Part shown: piece by piece, positions 29,225 through 38,173 of the stretch
How the letters are laid out: each line of letters begins with the position of its first letter
Numbering within the stretch: the stretch's first letter is position 1
Source of the DNA: Patescibacteria group bacterium
GTDB lineage: Bacteria > Patescibacteriota > Microgenomatia > UBA1400 > PJMF01
NCBI GenBank assembly: GCA_019454415.1
Contig: JACFOI010000004.1
Location: forward strand, 11,356 to 75,355
Direction of reading: 5' to 3'
Length of the DNA: 64,000 nucleotides
Position numbers and translations under genes: made by a program
Notes under the pieces: generated by a model
Told to the model about the DNA's origin: nothing
The model's database searches: none
What the model saw: only the letters and a program-made list of their open reading frames with translations

Positions 29225-29686
29225 CTAGACTAAATCTTCGAGCTGGTCACCGGACTGGAAAAGCTTGAGGGCGGCAAAGTGTCCCGGCAGCACAGGATCA
29301 GGCAGGTTGTTCGGGTCGTACCACTCCCACAGTGCGGCTTTCTCCGGTTCTTTAGTAATTGGAGTGCCTTCCCATTCTCGACACAAGAAAACAAAGTGCA
29401 CAAAAGAGTTCGGCGCATCAGCCGGAAAGTCCTCTTGCCACTCCCGAACAACTCCCAGGTACTGCAGGTGAACTGCCTGCAGATCTGTCTCTTCGCGGAG
29501 TTCACGTAAGGCGCAGTCAGTCAGCAGCTCGGGTCCCTCTACCCGACCTCCCGGCAGACCATAGTAGCCCGCTTTGTAGCCGTTCTTTCGTTTTGCCAAT
29601 AAAATATGCCGGTCCGCATTCTGGACAATCACACAACAGCCGATAAAGACGTTATTTTTGGAAGGCTGAGAAACGCTTTCAGTCAT
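29225..29686 (-). CDS. NUDIX hydrolase
   Basis: The Nudix box reads GLPGGRVEGPELLTDCALRELREETDL. Confidence 0.8.
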   Translation of the reverse strand: MTESVSQPSKNNVFIGCCVIVQNADRHILLAKRKNGYKAGYYGLPGGRVEGPELLTDCALRELREETDLQAVHLQYLGVVREWQEDFPADAPNSFVHFVFLCREWEGTPITKEPEKAALWEWYDPNNLPDPVLPGHFAALKLFQSGDQLEDLV

Positions 29687-29735
29687 GTTTCTTTCTGCTC
29701 AGTACATAGAAGCTGCTAGCCTCATTGTAGCGGAT

Positions 29736-31088
29736 TTAGTCACGAATGACGGCCAGCACTTCGTCTCGCTTCTCTTCCATCAGCGATTGTGACGTCGCTT
29801 CCAGATTCAGGCGAACGAGTGGCTCAGTGTTTGATCCGCGAACGTTGAAGTGCCAACCATCCATGACGCAGGTAATACCATCGACATCGAGCACCTCTTT
29901 GGCCTGCGGGCCGTAGAGGTCACGGATTTTCTGGATGACTGTCTTGGCGTCAACGCCTTTGGTGTTGATCTCACCGGAGATGAAGTAGGTCTTCCCCAGC
30001 TCGTCGATCATCTGATCTAAGGTTTGGTCGGCATGTGACAACACGTCCATGATGTACATCATCGGCGCTAGTCCCGAGTCACAGAAGAAGAAGTCTTGGA
30101 AGTAGTAGTGACCTGTCACCTCGCCGCCAAAGACAGCCTTCTCGTCCATCATCCGTTTCTTGATGAAGGCGTGGCCGACACGGTTATAGAAAGACTTGCC
30201 ACCAGCTTTGGCGATCAAATCTGGCACGGCGTGGGAAGCACGGATGTCGTAGACGATAGCTGCCCCGGGATACTTCTTGAGGAAGTATTGAGACAGAATC
30301 GCAGTCATGAAGTCACCGGAGACGAAACGACCCTTCTTGTCGATACAGAAAAAGCGGTCGCCATCAGGGTCAAAAGCAAAACCCAGGTCAGCCTTTTCGC
30401 TGACGACGCGCTCCATCAATTCTCGACGGTTCTCTTCCATGAGTGGATCACCGCCGTGATTGGGGAAAGTGCCATCCGGGTCAAAGTACATCGGTACTAA
30501 GGTGAGTTGTGGCAAGTGCTTGAAGAGCTCGATCAGTGACGGGCCGACCATTCCGTTGGCAGTATCGATCACCACTTTCATGGGTTTGAGCGACTTGTAG
30601 TCGACCAAAGACAAAATCTTATCGATAAAGCCGTTCATGATTGACCAGTCTTCCACGGTGCCCGGAGTAGCAGCAGTGGGTGGGAAGTCGTCGGTTTCAA
30701 TCAGCTTGCGAATATCTTGGATACCTTCATCTCCAGAAAGAAGATAAGGGATCTGCTTGACCATCTTGAAGCCGTTGTACTCTTTCGGATTGTGGCTGGC
30801 AGTTACCATAATGCCCGGCAACTTTTTGGTTGCGCAGGCATAGTAGTACATATCGGTAGAGACCATGCCAACGTCGATGACGTTCACACCCACACTGGTG
30901 AGTCCTTTGATCAGATGATCATGCAGAGAAGGACTTGAAACACGTGCGTCCCGACCGACGATCACGGTCGTTGGTGAAAGAACTTTGGCAAATGCTTTCC
31001 CAACTGCCTCAGCAGTCTCGTCAAACAGTGAAGTTCCGTAGACTCCTCTGATGTCATATGCCTTAAAAATGCCTGGGTCAACCTTCAT
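29736..31088 (-). CDS. Phosphomannomutase/phosphoglucomutase (alpha-D-phosphohexomutase family)
   Basis: The active-site loop TASHNPKEYNGFK and the Mg-binding segment DPDGDR are present. Confidence 0.9.
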   Translation of the reverse strand: MKVDPGIFKAYDIRGVYGTSLFDETAEAVGKAFAKVLSPTTVIVGRDARVSSPSLHDHLIKGLTSVGVNVIDVGMVSTDMYYYACATKKLPGIMVTASHNPKEYNGFKMVKQIPYLLSGDEGIQDIRKLIETDDFPPTAATPGTVEDWSIMNGFIDKILSLVDYKSLKPMKVVIDTANGMVGPSLIELFKHLPQLTLVPMYFDPDGTFPNHGGDPLMEENRRELMERVVSEKADLGFAFDPDGDRFFCIDKKGRFVSGDFMTAILSQYFLKKYPGAAIVYDIRASHAVPDLIAKAGGKSFYNRVGHAFIKKRMMDEKAVFGGEVTGHYYFQDFFFCDSGLAPMMYIMDVLSHADQTLDQMIDELGKTYFISGEINTKGVDAKTVIQKIRDLYGPQAKEVLDVDGITCVMDGWHFNVRGSNTEPLVRLNLEATSQSLMEEKRDEVLAVIRD

Positions 31089-31215
31089 AGTTGTCCTTTC
31101 CTTCCCTTATCACAGGGACGGGGATATTTTTGTGAGTATTCGGAAGCCACCGGTTTTTGAGGAGTACTTTGGGCGGACGACTATCTCACAAAAACATCCC
31201 CTTTCTCCCGCTAAT

Positions 31216-31923
31216 CTACAATGTGACCATTAAAAGTTCAACTTGACTTGATATGGTAAAAGGGGTGCCAGAAGTCTTCTGCAAAAGGTCAATCTCCAAG
31301 AGCTTTTTGTGGAGAGAAAAAAGCTGTGTCCAGCTAAAGAGTTGTGCCTGTGCAGCCATCTTAAATTGAGTAGGATTGTTTCCCTCTTTCGCTTCCATCA
31401 GCAGCCGAACTTGTCGAATTAACATCGCAAAACAAAACTGCTCGCCGTCACTCTCTACGGCTTTCTGAAAGAGTGTCACCATCTTTGCTTTGGTCGCCTC
31501 AGTTTGCTGGCCGGAAAGTGCATTCAGCCAAGCAAACATGGATCTGGTCGGAATAAAAGCTTGTACCTTGGCGTGGGGAAACTTTTTGAGCTCGGTGGCA
31601 GTCAGCTGTTTTTTTTCCCACAGAATAATCTCAGTCTCCGCCTGCTCGGCAAACTGGGCAATCAGGGCGATCAACTCGTCCTTGCGTTTTGACTTTGGTA
31701 GCGAGTGAAGCTCTTCGAGCACGATCGTTCGAGGTTCCGCAAAGAGTGACTGGGTCTGAAGGCTAACAGCCAAGCCCGAAGGCTCGAGGTTTTTAACCTC
31801 AAGGTGGGCAACTTGCCGCCCGTGCTGCTGGGCGGCTGCGATCGCCTGAGTAAGTGCAGCGCGTGACTGGGTGTGGTGTTCGCCATGAAATATAACTAGC
31901 ATTGTTTTTCCTGAATAGGACAT
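31216..31923 (-). CDS. Hypothetical protein, possibly a short DNA polymerase III delta (HolA)-like protein
   Basis: 235 aa. The pattern MLVIFHGE...SLFAEPRTIVLEEL...EIILW...KLLEIDLLQKTSG loosely matches the HolA N-domain. The call is weak. Confidence 0.3.
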   Translation of the reverse strand: MSYSGKTMLVIFHGEHHTQSRAALTQAIAAAQQHGRQVAHLEVKNLEPSGLAVSLQTQSLFAEPRTIVLEELHSLPKSKRKDELIALIAQFAEQAETEIILWEKKQLTATELKKFPHAKVQAFIPTRSMFAWLNALSGQQTEATKAKMVTLFQKAVESDGEQFCFAMLIRQVRLLMEAKEGNNPTQFKMAAQAQLFSWTQLFSLHKKLLEIDLLQKTSGTPFTISSQVELLMVTL

Positions 31924-31989
31924 CCGCCTACATTCTATTGTACTGCTGGATGGCTCTCGACATTCAGGAAAAACGATGCTCGCTTCACC

Positions 31990-32658
31990 CTAATCTAGGG
32001 TTGATCCGTATCGTTGCAGCCACTTCCGGTGGGCCTGATACTCAGGATCGTACTTGGCTACGATTGCCCAAAAGCGGTGTGAGTGATTCATTTCCTTACG
32101 ATGAGCCAGTTCGTGAATGATGACATAGTCAATCACTGCCGTCGGATACTGGACGAGTCGCCAGTTAAAGTTTAACCCACCTTGGCTACTGCAGCTGCCC
32201 CAACGAGTTTTTTGGTCCCGGAGTGTGATCGCCGCATAGGTGATGCCCATCAACTCAGCTAGCTGTTTAGTGCGGGGAATGATGTACTTTTGGGCGGTAG
32301 TTTTCAGGAAAGTCTCAAACGTCCGTTGAGCGGAGGAAGCAGCCGAAGAAACTGGCTGGATGTGAAGTTCTTCTCCTTGGATAAAGACTGGGTGACGCGT
32401 AGTATGGTCGTCTAGGGAGTGGATAACTTTCTTATACGTGTGGCCAAACACCATTAACTCGTCAGGCCTGATGTGTGAGGTGCGGACTTTAATCTTGGCA
32501 AGATTGCGATTAATCCAGTCGGAGTGCTGGGTGACAAACCGTAGAATCGCAGTGTCGTTGATGCGCGGAGGTGCGCTGACGATCACTTCTGCTTTAGCCG
32601 TGATGCGAATACGCAGGTTACGGCTACGGGAGTTCCGTTGGACTTGGTACTCAATCAT
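31990..32658 (-). CDS. DUF45 / YgjP-like (WLM/SprT-like) zinc metallohydrolase
   Basis: The C-terminal HELAHRKEMNHSHRFW (HExxH...H) motif is typical of the DUF45/M48-like family. It overlaps the upstream DUF2130 gene by 4 nt. Confidence 0.7.
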   Translation of the reverse strand: MIEYQVQRNSRSRNLRIRITAKAEVIVSAPPRINDTAILRFVTQHSDWINRNLAKIKVRTSHIRPDELMVFGHTYKKVIHSLDDHTTRHPVFIQGEELHIQPVSSAASSAQRTFETFLKTTAQKYIIPRTKQLAELMGITYAAITLRDQKTRWGSCSSQGGLNFNWRLVQYPTAVIDYVIIHELAHRKEMNHSHRFWAIVAKYDPEYQAHRKWLQRYGSTLD

Positions 32659-33815
32659 TGTGATTCTAGGCCGCTCTCCAGAGCTAAGCCAGTAATATCC
32701 GGTAAGCTGGTACCTACTACACCTTGCAGCTCTCCGTACATGAAGGCGGTATTTGTGGCTAAACGGAGAATCTGCTTTTCGCGTTTTTTCCAGGAGTTTT
32801 GGAGTGCGCGCTGCTCTTTATCCAGGTCGTCCTTCATCTCGCGGAAGCTCTCCACGATCGCTTCTACTCTCCCGCGGAACTCATGACTGTTAATGTAACT
32901 GTAGAGCATCTCTGCTTTGACCTCTTTACCCGATTGAACAGTTTTTTCCTGGTCAACCTTGAGCAGTTGCTGCCGCAACAACACGGCCAGCGGCAAAACA
33001 AACTCCACGCCAGTGACCCAGACATGATCACGCTCGGCACACGTCTTGATATCTGCAGGAAGCACGCGGGAAACCAGGACGGCCACAGAGCCATGTGCAT
33101 TCCGCGCATCCTCGCGTAGCTTCGGCAGCCAGCCTTCCGAAAAGTGTTCGGTCTGTTTGGATTCCCAGACGATAATGCCCACCGTCTTCCCGGCAGATGT
33201 CCGGACTACTTGGAGCATATCAGCCCCAAACTGTCCCTTTTTGACTTCTGAGATCACATCATGCGGGAAAGCTTCTTGAAGCGTTTTCTCGAGTTCAAGT
33301 TCGAGGACTTCTCCCTGGAGTTGTTGTGAAACAGTTGTGGCTTTACGGCGCGCTTCGTCTACGGCTGCCTTCATGTCGGAAATCTGTTTCTGATACTCCA
33401 GTTCCTTGAGGCGGAAGCGCTCTTCTTCCAGCTTAGTATTTTTTTCCAACTCGCGTTGGACACGGGCAGTCAGCTCACGTTCCAGTCGCAGCTCCAATTG
33501 TTTTTCTTTTTCTTCGACCTCACGTTGTTTCTTGAGGAGTTTGAGTTCATTTTCTTCTGCTGCTTTAGCGCGAGCTTCTTTCTGACGCAGTTGATCTTGG
33601 AGCTCCTGCAGCTGCTTAGACTGGGCCTCTTGAGCCTGTTTCTGGGCCTCATCGGTGCGTTTTTTTGCTTCGGCTTGAGCCTTGGCCCAGAGCTCGGCCT
33701 TCAGCTTATGTTCCAGCTGGTGTTCTTGCTGTTTGAGGTGTTGGTCGAGTTGCTCTTGCAACGCTTCATCAAGGTTAATCGTTTGGTGACAGTGTGGACA
33801 GATCAGGGTTTGCAT
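32655..33815 (-). CDS. DUF2130-family protein: an N-terminal zinc ribbon (CPHC), a long coiled coil, and a C-terminal domain with a PD-(D/E)xK-like signature
   Basis: MQTLICPHCHQTINLDEAL opens the protein. About 170 aa of heptad-like KAE/ELE repeats follow. In the C-terminal domain, GADMLQVV...GIIVWESKQTE reads as a D...(E)xK nuclease motif. The architecture resembles RmuC-type proteins. Confidence 0.55.
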   Translation of the reverse strand: MQTLICPHCHQTINLDEALQEQLDQHLKQQEHQLEHKLKAELWAKAQAEAKKRTDEAQKQAQEAQSKQLQELQDQLRQKEARAKAAEENELKLLKKQREVEEKEKQLELRLERELTARVQRELEKNTKLEEERFRLKELEYQKQISDMKAAVDEARRKATTVSQQLQGEVLELELEKTLQEAFPHDVISEVKKGQFGADMLQVVRTSAGKTVGIIVWESKQTEHFSEGWLPKLREDARNAHGSVAVLVSRVLPADIKTCAERDHVWVTGVEFVLPLAVLLRQQLLKVDQEKTVQSGKEVKAEMLYSYINSHEFRGRVEAIVESFREMKDDLDKEQRALQNSWKKREKQILRLATNTAFMYGELQGVVGTSLPDITGLALESGLESQ

Positions 33816-33883
33816 AGCGGCATCTTAACACCGCCAATCAGTCCAGACGCAAGTAGCAATTACGAAGATTTTCCGAAGATGGC

Positions 33884-34912
33884 TTACAGCTGCGGGCGAG
33901 AAAGGATCTCCCCAATGATTTCCGGAAACTGAAGTGGGTTCCCGCTGGCCAAGACTTTTTGAGCCAGAATATTTTGGATGATGAAGTTAATGACAACGAT
34001 AGAAATAACCAAGTACAGGTCAACGGAGCGATTCTTGGAGCGTTTCAGGATTAGCAGAATTCCAAACAAGAGACCTAGTACCGCCATGATGCCGACGATG
34101 ATTGCTTTGACTACAGCAGTATCAGAGTCTGTAGTGTCAATGACGCCGGCCACGATCATCTGCTCATAGGCGGGAAACTTTACTAAGGCAAAGTGTGCTG
34201 CCTGTGCCAAGCCCTGAATACCTTGGACAATGGAAACTACAGCCACAAATACATATAAAGGCAGCTCCTGGGGTTGGGAGCGCTGAGGGCTATGCGTGGT
34301 CGCTAGCTGAACTTCTGGCAAGATTTTTTTCACGGGTTGATCCGATGGCTGAGAGAAGAAAGACTGTTCTTTGAGATGTTTTGGTTGCAGCGCAGCTAGC
34401 GGCGAGGTGTCGATATGCTCAGTAGACTTGATCTGCAGTTCGGGTAGCAGGCAGCCGCTTTTTTCCAGATCCTTCATCATTTGAGAGATATCAGGCATCT
34501 TACTCAATAACTCAGCAGCACTTCGACGAGTAACACCCCCATCAGCTTCTGATTCTGCGGGAGAAGTGATGAACGGCTGAGGTCCACCCGCAAGAGGTTG
34601 CTCAGGTGGAATCGAGGGAAGCTCAGGCAGGTCTGGTGGTGTCTCCGAAGAGTCCGGTTGCGGTGAAGGGGCACCGAAAGGATCGGCCTTAAAGCTGCCT
34701 GTCTGTACTGTTTCCACTGGTTCAATACTGGCAGGGTTAGGAGTTGTGATCACGGGAGATGTGGGGGTAGCGGTAGAAGGTTCAGCTGAGACAGGTGGTG
34801 TCGCACTTACAGGCGCAGAAACCCCACCGGTAGGAGAGGCAGAAACACTCCCACCCGCCGTAGCCAGGGGTAGCTGGTTGGGTACCACCGCGTCGCTAAC
34901 AATATTACCCAT
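33884..34912 (-). CDS. Membrane protein with a roughly 180-aa Pro/Thr/Ser/Ala-rich low-complexity N-terminal region and C-terminal TM helices
   Basis: The PTGGVSAPVSATPPVSAEPSTATPTSPVITTPNPAS... stretch is followed by at least three hydrophobic helices. I recognise no conserved domain. Confidence 0.4.
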   Translation of the reverse strand: MGNIVSDAVVPNQLPLATAGGSVSASPTGGVSAPVSATPPVSAEPSTATPTSPVITTPNPASIEPVETVQTGSFKADPFGAPSPQPDSSETPPDLPELPSIPPEQPLAGGPQPFITSPAESEADGGVTRRSAAELLSKMPDISQMMKDLEKSGCLLPELQIKSTEHIDTSPLAALQPKHLKEQSFFSQPSDQPVKKILPEVQLATTHSPQRSQPQELPLYVFVAVVSIVQGIQGLAQAAHFALVKFPAYEQMIVAGVIDTTDSDTAVVKAIIVGIMAVLGLLFGILLILKRSKNRSVDLYLVISIVVINFIIQNILAQKVLASGNPLQFPEIIGEILSRPQL

Positions 34913-35074
34913 ATACCCATCTTATGTTAACTTGACTGAAGATGTGAAGGGTCGGTTTCTTGAGACATCGAGTATAATCCTAGAGGGAGTTCTGTTTTTC
35001 AAGTATTCGGGAGCCGCTGAGTTTGAAAAGTAATGAGGGCGGACGACTATCTTGGGAAACAGCACTTTCCGGAA

Positions 35075-35160
35075 GCCGAGATGCTGAAATTGGTAGACAG
35101 GCTGGACTTAGAATCCAGTGCCCCTTAAAAGGCGTGCAGGTTCGATTCCTGTTCTCGGCA
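35075..35160 (+). tRNA. tRNA-Leu (anticodon TAG), class II with a long variable arm
   Basis: The acceptor stem is GCCGAGA/TCTCGGC. The anticodon arm reads CTGGA-CTTAGAA-TCCAG and the T-loop is GTTCGATTC. It is 86 nt and no CCA is encoded. Confidence 0.85.
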
Positions 35161-35165
35161 CAGAA

Positions 35166-35447
35166 ATGATAAAATATAACGATATACAACAATTTAGTTA
35201 CCAAGCGGAACTGGGAAAAATCGTAGAAAGCAAGCAGCTTGTGGAGATTAGTTTCTCTCATGAGCAAGATATGGTTGCCTATCTTCTTCGTGCAAGTGAT
35301 GAGTTCATTAATTACACCTCCTTATGGCATAAGGGAAAGCGATGTTCCTCCTTTGTTCAAGGAGGTCAAAATTATATCAAAAAACCCCTCTCTCGAGGGG
35401 TGCTTTGGTATCAGAAAGAGTCCGGTGAGGAGTACCTTCTGATCTAG
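35166..35447 (+). CDS. Small hypothetical protein (93 aa) in a low-GC islet immediately 3' of tRNA-Leu
   Basis: ATG at 35166 gives MIKYNDIQQFSYQAELGKIVESKQLVEISF... The AT-rich codon usage contrasts with flanking genes. The track ORF 35118..35447 is trimmed because its 5' part overlaps the tRNA. Confidence 0.3.
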   Translation: MIKYNDIQQFSYQAELGKIVESKQLVEISFSHEQDMVAYLLRASDEFINYTSLWHKGKRCSSFVQGGQNYIKKPLSRGVLWYQKESGEEYLLI

Positions 35448-35548
35448 CAGGCATAGTATCAGAAGGCTATTACTATGTCAATACCTATCAAATACATTTA
35501 TTCTAGATCAAAATAGTCAAAAGAAAATACGTATCTCCTGTGTACGTG

Positions 35549-36283
35549 TTACGGAGTCATTGCTCCGGCTGCTTCTACTTCGCTCGCCACAAACTCCATT
35601 ACATTCGCCTCTGACTGCTTGAGTTCCCGACCGAGCTGGCGGTCATCGTAGCGCATCTCCGCCATCCACTGGTTCACTGACGCTGCCCAGCTGCCGTTAC
35701 TGGAAGGGGTGTACTTGGCCATGATCTCTTCCGGCGTTGTTCTCCCCTGGTCGATATAGTTTTGTTTAATCTCCCGAGCAGCGCGCTCAAAGCCTTCTTC
35801 ATAGTTACTAAAGCCGAGCGTGCCTCGCTTATGGATACCAAAGCCTAGACAGTTATAGGAGCCTTCCGGGATGTTTTTACAGAGTCCGCTTTCCTGCATA
35901 GCAATGGCCGGTAGCAGCCGGAAGTCAAACCCGTAGCGGTCTGCCAACTCGACGAATACCCGCCCATAGTGTTCCGCAGGCACCAATGGCGAGTTATACC
36001 TGGTCAGAAAGTTAGCCACGATCTGGGGACGGGCGTCATCAGTAGCCAGAGAAGTCTCGATGCCTTGGATCTGGCCGAGTTCTGGAAGGTTCTCATTGGC
36101 AATAGTCAGTCGTTGTTGGCTCGAGTCGGTCAGACTTAAAAGGTTATAGTTAGGGCGCTGTGTCAGGTAAAAAGTGATTACTCCAGCCACTACACTACCT
36201 ATGCAACACGTAAACCATACGAAAATGATGAAGCTATTTTTCATCGGGTGCAGTATACGCGAAACGCGTCTGATTGTCGACAA
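35549..36283 (-). CDS. Peptidoglycan hydrolase, glucosaminidase/FlgJ-like muramidase domain protein (membrane anchored)
   Basis: The N-terminal TM helix is followed by LPAIAMQESGLCKNIPEGSYNCLGFGIHKRG, a muramidase/glucosaminidase-like ESG core motif. Confidence 0.45.
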   Translation of the reverse strand: MSTIRRVSRILHPMKNSFIIFVWFTCCIGSVVAGVITFYLTQRPNYNLLSLTDSSQQRLTIANENLPELGQIQGIETSLATDDARPQIVANFLTRYNSPLVPAEHYGRVFVELADRYGFDFRLLPAIAMQESGLCKNIPEGSYNCLGFGIHKRGTLGFSNYEEGFERAAREIKQNYIDQGRTTPEEIMAKYTPSSNGSWAASVNQWMAEMRYDDRQLGRELKQSEANVMEFVASEVEAAGAMTP

Positions 36284-36321
36284 AACGCCTTTTTTGTGCT
36301 ATCCTATAATAATAGAGGTAC

Positions 36322-37356
36322 ATGCGCTACCAGATAAGAAAGAAGCTAGCAATCACTCTTGGCAGATTGGGAACATTCCTGCTGATGGGTAGTCTTTTCC
36401 TCGCCCTCTCTTCTCCTGTGGAAGCCCGTGAAAACTCCCTGTACGGCATTCATCTCATGAATACTGGTGAGCTGGATAAGGCCGCCGAACTCCTCAACCC
36501 GAGTCCTAATGAGGACTGGAACTACGTGACCGTTCCCCTGACTTTGGATGATCTGAAGAAAGTTGATGAGTGGCAGGCATTTCTCGCCAAAGCAAAAGAG
36601 AAAAGACTGATCCCAATTGTCCGCCTAATGACCCGGTTTGATAATGGGGCCTGGCAAGTACCCACCAAGAAGAACATTGTCGACTTGATCACCTTTCTAA
36701 GTAAACTGGACTGGCCGACCGATCAGCGTTACATCATAGTCTTTAACGAGGTCAACCATGCCAAGGAATGGAGCGGTAAGATTGATCCCCAACAGTACAC
36801 CGATAGCCTGCGCTTCGCAGCTGACTGGGCACACTCGGAGGGAAAGAACTATAAGGTACTGCCTGCTGCAATGGACCTGGCTGCATCCAATGGTGGTACA
36901 ACCAAAGAAGCTTTCAAATACCTTGATGAGATGCTTGCCTACGACCCGCAGATCTTTGAAAAAGTCGATTACTGGAACTCTCACTCGTATCCAAATCCTG
37001 CCTTTAGTTCCGCTCCGACCAAAACAGGTAAGAACACGATGCGGGGATTCACCCATGAACTGGCCTATCTCAAACAAAAAACAGGTCGTGACTTTCAGAC
37101 CTTTGTGACCGAAACAGGCTGGGAAGACAACTACACTACCCGCAAATGGCTGGGCAGCTACTATCAATACACCGCAGACCACATCTGGTCTGATGAGCGG
37201 GTGATCGCGGTCACTCCTTTCGTGCTCCAAGGAGATCCAGGTCCGTTTTCAGGCTTCTCTTTCATTGACAAGAATGGTCGCCCGACTACCCAGTACCGCG
37301 CATACCAGGATGTGATTAAACGGTCGCTTGAAAAGGTGATTGCCGTGAAGCAGTAA
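36322..37356 (+). CDS. Secreted TIM-barrel glycoside hydrolase-like protein (GH5-like NE motif)
   Basis: It has a signal peptide. IIVFNEVNH is a GH clan-A acid/base NE(P)-type motif, with a later ETGW region containing the candidate nucleophile Glu. Confidence 0.4.
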   Translation: MRYQIRKKLAITLGRLGTFLLMGSLFLALSSPVEARENSLYGIHLMNTGELDKAAELLNPSPNEDWNYVTVPLTLDDLKKVDEWQAFLAKAKEKRLIPIVRLMTRFDNGAWQVPTKKNIVDLITFLSKLDWPTDQRYIIVFNEVNHAKEWSGKIDPQQYTDSLRFAADWAHSEGKNYKVLPAAMDLAASNGGTTKEAFKYLDEMLAYDPQIFEKVDYWNSHSYPNPAFSSAPTKTGKNTMRGFTHELAYLKQKTGRDFQTFVTETGWEDNYTTRKWLGSYYQYTADHIWSDERVIAVTPFVLQGDPGPFSGFSFIDKNGRPTTQYRAYQDVIKRSLEKVIAVKQ

Positions 37357-37376
37357 CCTCCGGAAAGACTGGCCGA

Positions 37377-38099
37377 CTACATGGGTGCGTTAGGAATCCC
37401 AGCCGCATTGAAGTTAATCGTTTTCTGCGCTTTGCTGAGCTGCTCCACCTTGAAGCTAAAGCCCTTCTGCCACTCCCCGTACTTTTCTTTGATGGGACCA
37501 AGATCTGGAACCCCGAACATTTTTTCCAGCTGTTCAAACAGCTTGACCTTCTCAGGGCTGAACTTGGCGAGTGAGTCTTTGATCTCGTTGCTATCGCGGA
37601 ACTGGGGAGTCTTACTGTGAAACTTCGAGGCGTAAGTCATGAAACGTTGCAAGGTAGTCTGCGGGAACATATCAACTTCAGGCAGTTCCAGGCCGTGAGA
37701 ACGAATATCCTCTGCAGTCAGACCCATCCCGATGTGACAAAACGCTGCCTGGACAACTGGTGGCGTATACCCTTCCTGCTGCAAGATCCAGGCCCCAATA
37801 ACGCCATGTTGAATGTACGGGCGATTGGAAGGTGGTTGTCCGGGAACCCACTCAAAACCGCCACACGCATAGACACCGACCTCGTGGAGAAGTGCAGCTT
37901 GAATAACAACTTCCCGCACCAACTCTGTCTTGTCAAAGTCGTAGTGATCCAGCAGGTAGAGGCAGACGTCAACAATAATATTGGAGTGTGTCCAGATGAG
38001 GTCCAAGACAGTGTCCGTGGCGGCATACTTCTTATGAAGGAGAAACTCGCCGGGATAGACGTTTTGATTAATGAAAATCGGCATGTCTGTTGTTGCCAT
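37377..38099 (-). CDS. HD-domain phosphohydrolase-like protein
   Basis: The start is taken at the internal MATTDMPIF. An H...LLHEVG motif, a variant of the HD motif HD.G, is present. The listed 326-aa ORF would overlap the upstream membrane-protein gene. Confidence 0.45.
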   Translation of the reverse strand: MATTDMPIFINQNVYPGEFLLHKKYAATDTVLDLIWTHSNIIVDVCLYLLDHYDFDKTELVREVVIQAALLHEVGVYACGGFEWVPGQPPSNRPYIQHGVIGAWILQQEGYTPPVVQAAFCHIGMGLTAEDIRSHGLELPEVDMFPQTTLQRFMTYASKFHSKTPQFRDSNEIKDSLAKFSPEKVKLFEQLEKMFGVPDLGPIKEKYGEWQKGFSFKVEQLSKAQKTINFNAAGIPNAPM

Positions 38100-38173
38100 T
38101 GTAGGCAAACACAGCAGCGTTATGCAAGTTACAAGGCAAAAATTGCGGGCAGGACAAGAAATAGATGCTGGCT

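Noticed and set aside
33456-33932. A 158-aa plus-strand ORF (FFFFDLTLFLEEFEFIFF...), and the repetitive DNA here as a possible CRISPR or tandem repeat
   Set aside because: It is antisense to the coiled-coil region of the DUF2130 gene. The repetitiveness comes from codon periodicity (KAE/ELE heptads), not from spaced direct repeats, so there is no CRISPR architecture.
35118-35447. The full 109-aa track ORF
   Set aside because: Its first 16 codons overlap tRNA-Leu, so it was trimmed to the internal ATG at 35166. Even the trimmed ORF is low confidence.
35161-35548. Calling the tRNA-adjacent islet a mobile element
   Set aside because: No integrase, transposase or flanking direct repeat could be identified. 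It is reported only as a possible remnant.
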